Source: Lachnospiraceae bacterium
Lineage (GTDB): Bacteria; Bacillota; Clostridia; Lachnospirales; Lachnospiraceae
Length of the DNA stretch: 64,000 nt
Direction: 5' to 3'
Assembly (NCBI GenBank): GCA_022510545.1
Contig: JAFLTG010000002.1
Coordinates: 6,623 to 70,622 of the forward strand
Shown one piece after another: positions 60,482 to 64,000 of this stretch. The notes beneath the pieces are model-generated. The model saw only the letters and a list, made by a program, of their open reading frames with translations, was not told where the DNA came from and did no database searches. The position numbers and the translations under genes were made by a program. Every line of letters begins with the position of its first letter. Position 1 is the first letter of the stretch.

Positions 60482-62638
60482 TTATTGTAGACTGTACAAG
60501 TAAATAGTGTAACTTTCATCCGAAGATGTATAGCTGTCCACCAGTTCAAGCCCCATATCATCCGCGTTTGTCAGTTCCAGACGTGAAAAGATGTATTTCC
60601 CTCCAAGAGCCTTGAAACTTTCTGCATTAATGTAAATATTGTAATCTGTGGCATAGCTGGTCTTACTGGCGTTAACTATGCTTAAATCGGTTCCTGAATA
60701 TAGGTAGGCCCGTGCCCCCCAGTCATCGTAATAGATTCGCGTTTCTTCGACCCGCTCAAGGGCTGGGGCTATTACCTTTCTAAAATCTTCCTTGTATTGC
60801 TGGGAGTAGAAGCCCAGATAGCCATCTAAGGTAGCTATGCCGTTATACTCAAGGACTGCCGGATGCATTCCATAGGCTGCGGACCATTCTCCGTTATAGC
60901 CGATTTTTTCTTTAATCTCTGTAAATAAATCTACCGCATAGAACTGCTCATAGTCAAGTATATCTGCCTCGGTTCCATGAAAATATTCGTACGCTCTGTA
61001 ATAACAGGTGTTATATAAATCATTATAGCGAGTCGGTGTCAGGATTACCACCAGGACTGATATACAGACAATTATATTTGCCGCCCACTGCTGCCACACT
61101 CCCATATCATAAAGTCTTGCCAGAATTATAAAAAGCGCTGCATACCATAGAAACGGATTAAAAAAGACCGTTCGATTGAACTGCAGTCCCTTAAGCTGCG
61201 GTATTATGGTTTCAAACAGGGTTCTTACAGGCTCAAAATCATATAGTCCATATACCACACTATTAAATAAAATAACAAGCATTATGAAATTAAAATTGTC
61301 ATGTAAAATTCCTGTATATTGCTTTTTCTTTATATAACATATGTTATTTATAATAAAGTATACTATGCAGATTGGCAGTATCAGTTTTGTGTGTACTCCA
61401 TCTGCATGAAAGATTCCTTCTTTCCATACCGTAAAAATCTCACCCAGTACTTCCGGTACCGATAAATCAGGATTAACCATCGTAGAGCGGATTGTAACCT
61501 CTCCACCAAACAGCATCTGTGAAAACAGGCGGTATTCACAAACCACATAGCCAAGTGCAAGCACAATCAGTGCCGGCATTAATGACCAGGCAGGCTTTTT
61601 ATCCTTGATGGAAAGCCATATAATAGCGATTACCAAATAACCCAGAATAAAAATCCCCATATATGAAAAATACGATACAAGCGGATAACAGAACAGTCCC
61701 AGATAAAGTAATATCGATGGTTTTTTGTAAATCCGTATCAGTAAATATACCACAAGCGGCATAGAGGCAAAGGCAAAGCCATATGCCGGAAAAAGGTTAA
61801 GAATACCATATGCAAATCCTATCATATATACAATCGGACGATAAGTAATATACTTGTCCGGATAAAGTTCTTTTATAAGAAGTCTGAAAGATGCTACAGC
61901 AAGCACTACTTTTAGCAATAAGCCCAGTATATATGCAGTATACACCGGAAAAATCATATATAACATGCTGTATAGCGACAATTCCGATGGGAGATTGTCT
62001 CTGCTGATTCCCCCCAGAAAAGGAACGTTAACCCCATGTTTCCAAAAGGAATCCGTATTTTTAAGCATTTTAAACTGTGCCAGAAACAGGTCCATATTAT
62101 CGTGGACTGCAATATAGCTTTTTTCTCCGTAATAAAAAAATACACCTGCTTCAAAAATCAGAAAACCTGCTATCGGAAATATAAACCAGTATTTTGTCAG
62201 ACTCAGCTTCTTCTTACCAAATACAAAAAGCTTCTGACCGAAGAAATTCATTACAACGAACAGGCACATTCCGGCCAGCATAGAAATATTGTCCACAAGC
62301 GCTACATTGGAGGAATCCAGCACAGCTGCTACCAGAGACTGTGCCACTTTGAAGGCAATCAGATAACATATGGCTATATTGATTGCAAAGCGCCAAGGCA
62401 GCCACTTATCACGTTCCTCTACCTTAAACGTAAGCTTAGCATTGGCATGATAAGAAAATACGCTGCCTATAAAATATGATATACCACTTGAAAGCCAGTA
62501 ATTCATATGGATAAGGTTATACAAAACCGCCATTATTACCCAGCCCATAAGTGTATTAATAACACCCACTATTCCAAAATGGATAACTTCCATTATAAAA
62601 TCTTTATATTTATCATAAAGTTCTTTTATTCTGTCCAT
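60482..62638 (-). CDS. GtrA-like flippase fused to DUF6044/YkoS-like GT-C membrane protein
   Basis: N-terminal FGIVGVINT..KLTF..QKLFVF GtrA domain, then HDNMD motif and about 12 TMs. Confidence 0.75.
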   Translation of the reverse strand: MDRIKELYDKYKDFIMEVIHFGIVGVINTLMGWVIMAVLYNLIHMNYWLSSGISYFIGSVFSYHANAKLTFKVEERDKWLPWRFAINIAICYLIAFKVAQSLVAAVLDSSNVALVDNISMLAGMCLFVVMNFFGQKLFVFGKKKLSLTKYWFIFPIAGFLIFEAGVFFYYGEKSYIAVHDNMDLFLAQFKMLKNTDSFWKHGVNVPFLGGISRDNLPSELSLYSMLYMIFPVYTAYILGLLLKVVLAVASFRLLIKELYPDKYITYRPIVYMIGFAYGILNLFPAYGFAFASMPLVVYLLIRIYKKPSILLYLGLFCYPLVSYFSYMGIFILGYLVIAIIWLSIKDKKPAWSLMPALIVLALGYVVCEYRLFSQMLFGGEVTIRSTMVNPDLSVPEVLGEIFTVWKEGIFHADGVHTKLILPICIVYFIINNICYIKKKQYTGILHDNFNFIMLVILFNSVVYGLYDFEPVRTLFETIIPQLKGLQFNRTVFFNPFLWYAALFIILARLYDMGVWQQWAANIIVCISVLVVILTPTRYNDLYNTCYYRAYEYFHGTEADILDYEQFYAVDLFTEIKEKIGYNGEWSAAYGMHPAVLEYNGIATLDGYLGFYSQQYKEDFRKVIAPALERVEETRIYYDDWGARAYLYSGTDLSIVNASKTSYATDYNIYINAESFKALGGKYIFSRLELTNADDMGLELVDSYTSSDESYTIYLYSLQ

Positions 62639-62878
62639 AATAACAACTCAATCCACTTAGGCTGCCTTGCCAAAATAATAAAACTTATTATTGTTTACAC
62701 TTTAAACTTTTTCCAAAACTCTTCCTTCACCGCTTGATAAAATGGTTATCATCCAATATAATAAGTTCAATTATTACCGGCTCCAAACCATATGATCAAA
62801 ATACAACTATATCTAATATACACAATATTGGAAAATTTATCAATAATGATAGAAAAGACGTATAAAATGGAGGTTGTT

Positions 62879-63274
62879 ATGGCATTAAAAGTTCATCACA
62901 TCGGATATCTGGTGAAAAAGATAGAATCTGCAATCAGCTCTTTTGAAAAACTTGGATATCACATTACACAAGATACCGTCTATGATGATATCCGCCAGGT
63001 AAACATATGTTTTATGGAAAAAGATGGATATTGCATAGAATTGGTCTCTCCGGCATCCGAGACCTCAGTTGTCTCAGGCCTTATGAAAAAATTTAAGAAC
63101 AGTCCATATCATATCTGTTATGAAACCGAAAATTTTGACGAGGATTATATGACACTTGTGTCAGATGGTTTTATGGCAATAGATAGTCCTACTCCTGCCC
63201 CGGCACTTCAGGGCCGTGAAGTTGTATTTCTGACAAGTGCGTCAGTCGGAATGATTGAATTGATCAGAAGTTAA
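62879..63274 (+). CDS. VOC-family (methylmalonyl-CoA epimerase-like) protein
   Basis: HHIGY, IELVSP, YHICY and IELI metal-binding motifs. Confidence 0.85.
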   Translation: MALKVHHIGYLVKKIESAISSFEKLGYHITQDTVYDDIRQVNICFMEKDGYCIELVSPASETSVVSGLMKKFKNSPYHICYETENFDEDYMTLVSDGFMAIDSPTPAPALQGREVVFLTSASVGMIELIRS

Positions 63275-64000
63275 CTCCTCTGTCCTCTCACTTATTATAT
63301 ATCTCGGGCGCCGCTTCACTTCCATATATATTTTTCCTATATATTCGCCAAGGATACCCAGACATATTAACTGGATTCCTCCGATGAAGCAGATAATACA
63401 GGTCATACTCGACCATCCTACAACTGCCTGTCCCATAAATGAGACCACAACCGACCAGATTACACCCACAAAGCTCAAAAACGCAATAAAACAGCCCATT
63501 CCGGTAATCAAATGTATCGGTTTGACACTCAGGCTGGTAATTCCCTCAAATGCAAGCGCAAGCATTTTTATCAAAGGATAATGACTTTCCCCTGCAAGAC
63601 GCTCATGGCGCTCATAATACACACTGGTGCTCTTAAATCCCACCAGTGGGAAAAGTCCGCGCAGAAATATATTTACTTCGCTAAAATTGGAAAATTCATT
63701 TAAGACACGACTTGAGACCAGGCGATAATCGGCATGGTTAAAAACAGCCTCCACACCCATTAGCTTCAGCAATCTGTAATATGATTCGGCGCTGAATCTC
63801 TTGAAAAAAGTATCGCTGTCACGATTATGGCGCACACCATATACAATCTCGCAGCCATTTTGATATTCTTCCACCATCTTATCCATGGCATCTATATCAT
63901 CTTGACCGTCACAGTCAATAGAAATTGTTATATCACAAACCGATTTTGCCTCCATCAATCCCGCAAGCACTGCATTCTGATGCCCTCTGTTCCGGCTTTG
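63242..64000 (-). CDS. GT2 polyprenol-phosphate glycosyltransferase (GtrB/YkoT-like), 5' end outside the window
   Basis: GHQNA, IDCDGQDD, ADYRL, two C-terminal TMs and RPRYII. Confidence 0.9.
   Translation of the reverse strand, partial: QSRNRGHQNAVLAGLMEAKSVCDITISIDCDGQDDIDAMDKMVEEYQNGCEIVYGVRHNRDSDTFFKRFSAESYYRLLKLMGVEAVFNHADYRLVSSRVLNEFSNFSEVNIFLRGLFPLVGFKSTSVYYERHERLAGESHYPLIKMLALAFEGITSLSVKPIHLITGMGCFIAFLSFVGVIWSVVVSFMGQAVVGWSSMTCIICFIGGIQLICLGILGEYIGKIYMEVKRRPRYIISERTEELTSDQFNHSD

Overview
Chromosomal window from a low-GC, spore-forming Firmicute. Gene content and order look like Lachnospiraceae (inference). I found no rRNA, tRNA, CRISPR array, transposase, integrase or phage genes. 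The window is mostly a cell-envelope glycopolymer region. Its core (25-46 kb) is an ABC-transporter-dependent, probably rhamnose-rich polysaccharide pathway: rmlBAC, Wzm/Wzt, a methyltransferase-kinase, GT2s, an Und-P glucose phosphotransferase, an LCP ligase, pgm and glmS, with two paralogous membrane-anchored GH25 muramidases interleaved. Around it sit decoration modules: at least five GT-C-like membrane glycosyltransferases, a UbiA phosphoribosyltransferase plus HAD pair, a flavoenzyme, MBOAT/SGNH/AT3 acyltransferases, a radical SAM enzyme and a GtrA-GT-C fusion. Housekeeping and sporulation genes include xylB, a XylA-II-type isomerase, clpX, htrA, a Csp-type protease, CotH, lspA and a PdaB-like deacetylase. 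The most unusual signals are: (1) a one-sided, point-source synonymous A/C codon gradient starting at a perfect 14-bp palindrome near 53.25 kb; (2) a candidate PRPP-derived lipid-linked pentofuranose three-component glycosylation system; (3) a dispersed double-hairpin repeat with compensatory base changes; (4) a WbdD-like terminator whose coiled-coil 'ruler' appears to sit on the glycosyltransferases instead; (5) a miniature FliD-like gene with a CsrA-type leader hairpin. Product calls come from motif recognition by eye, not database searches. Start codons were adjusted to the nearest plausible RBS.
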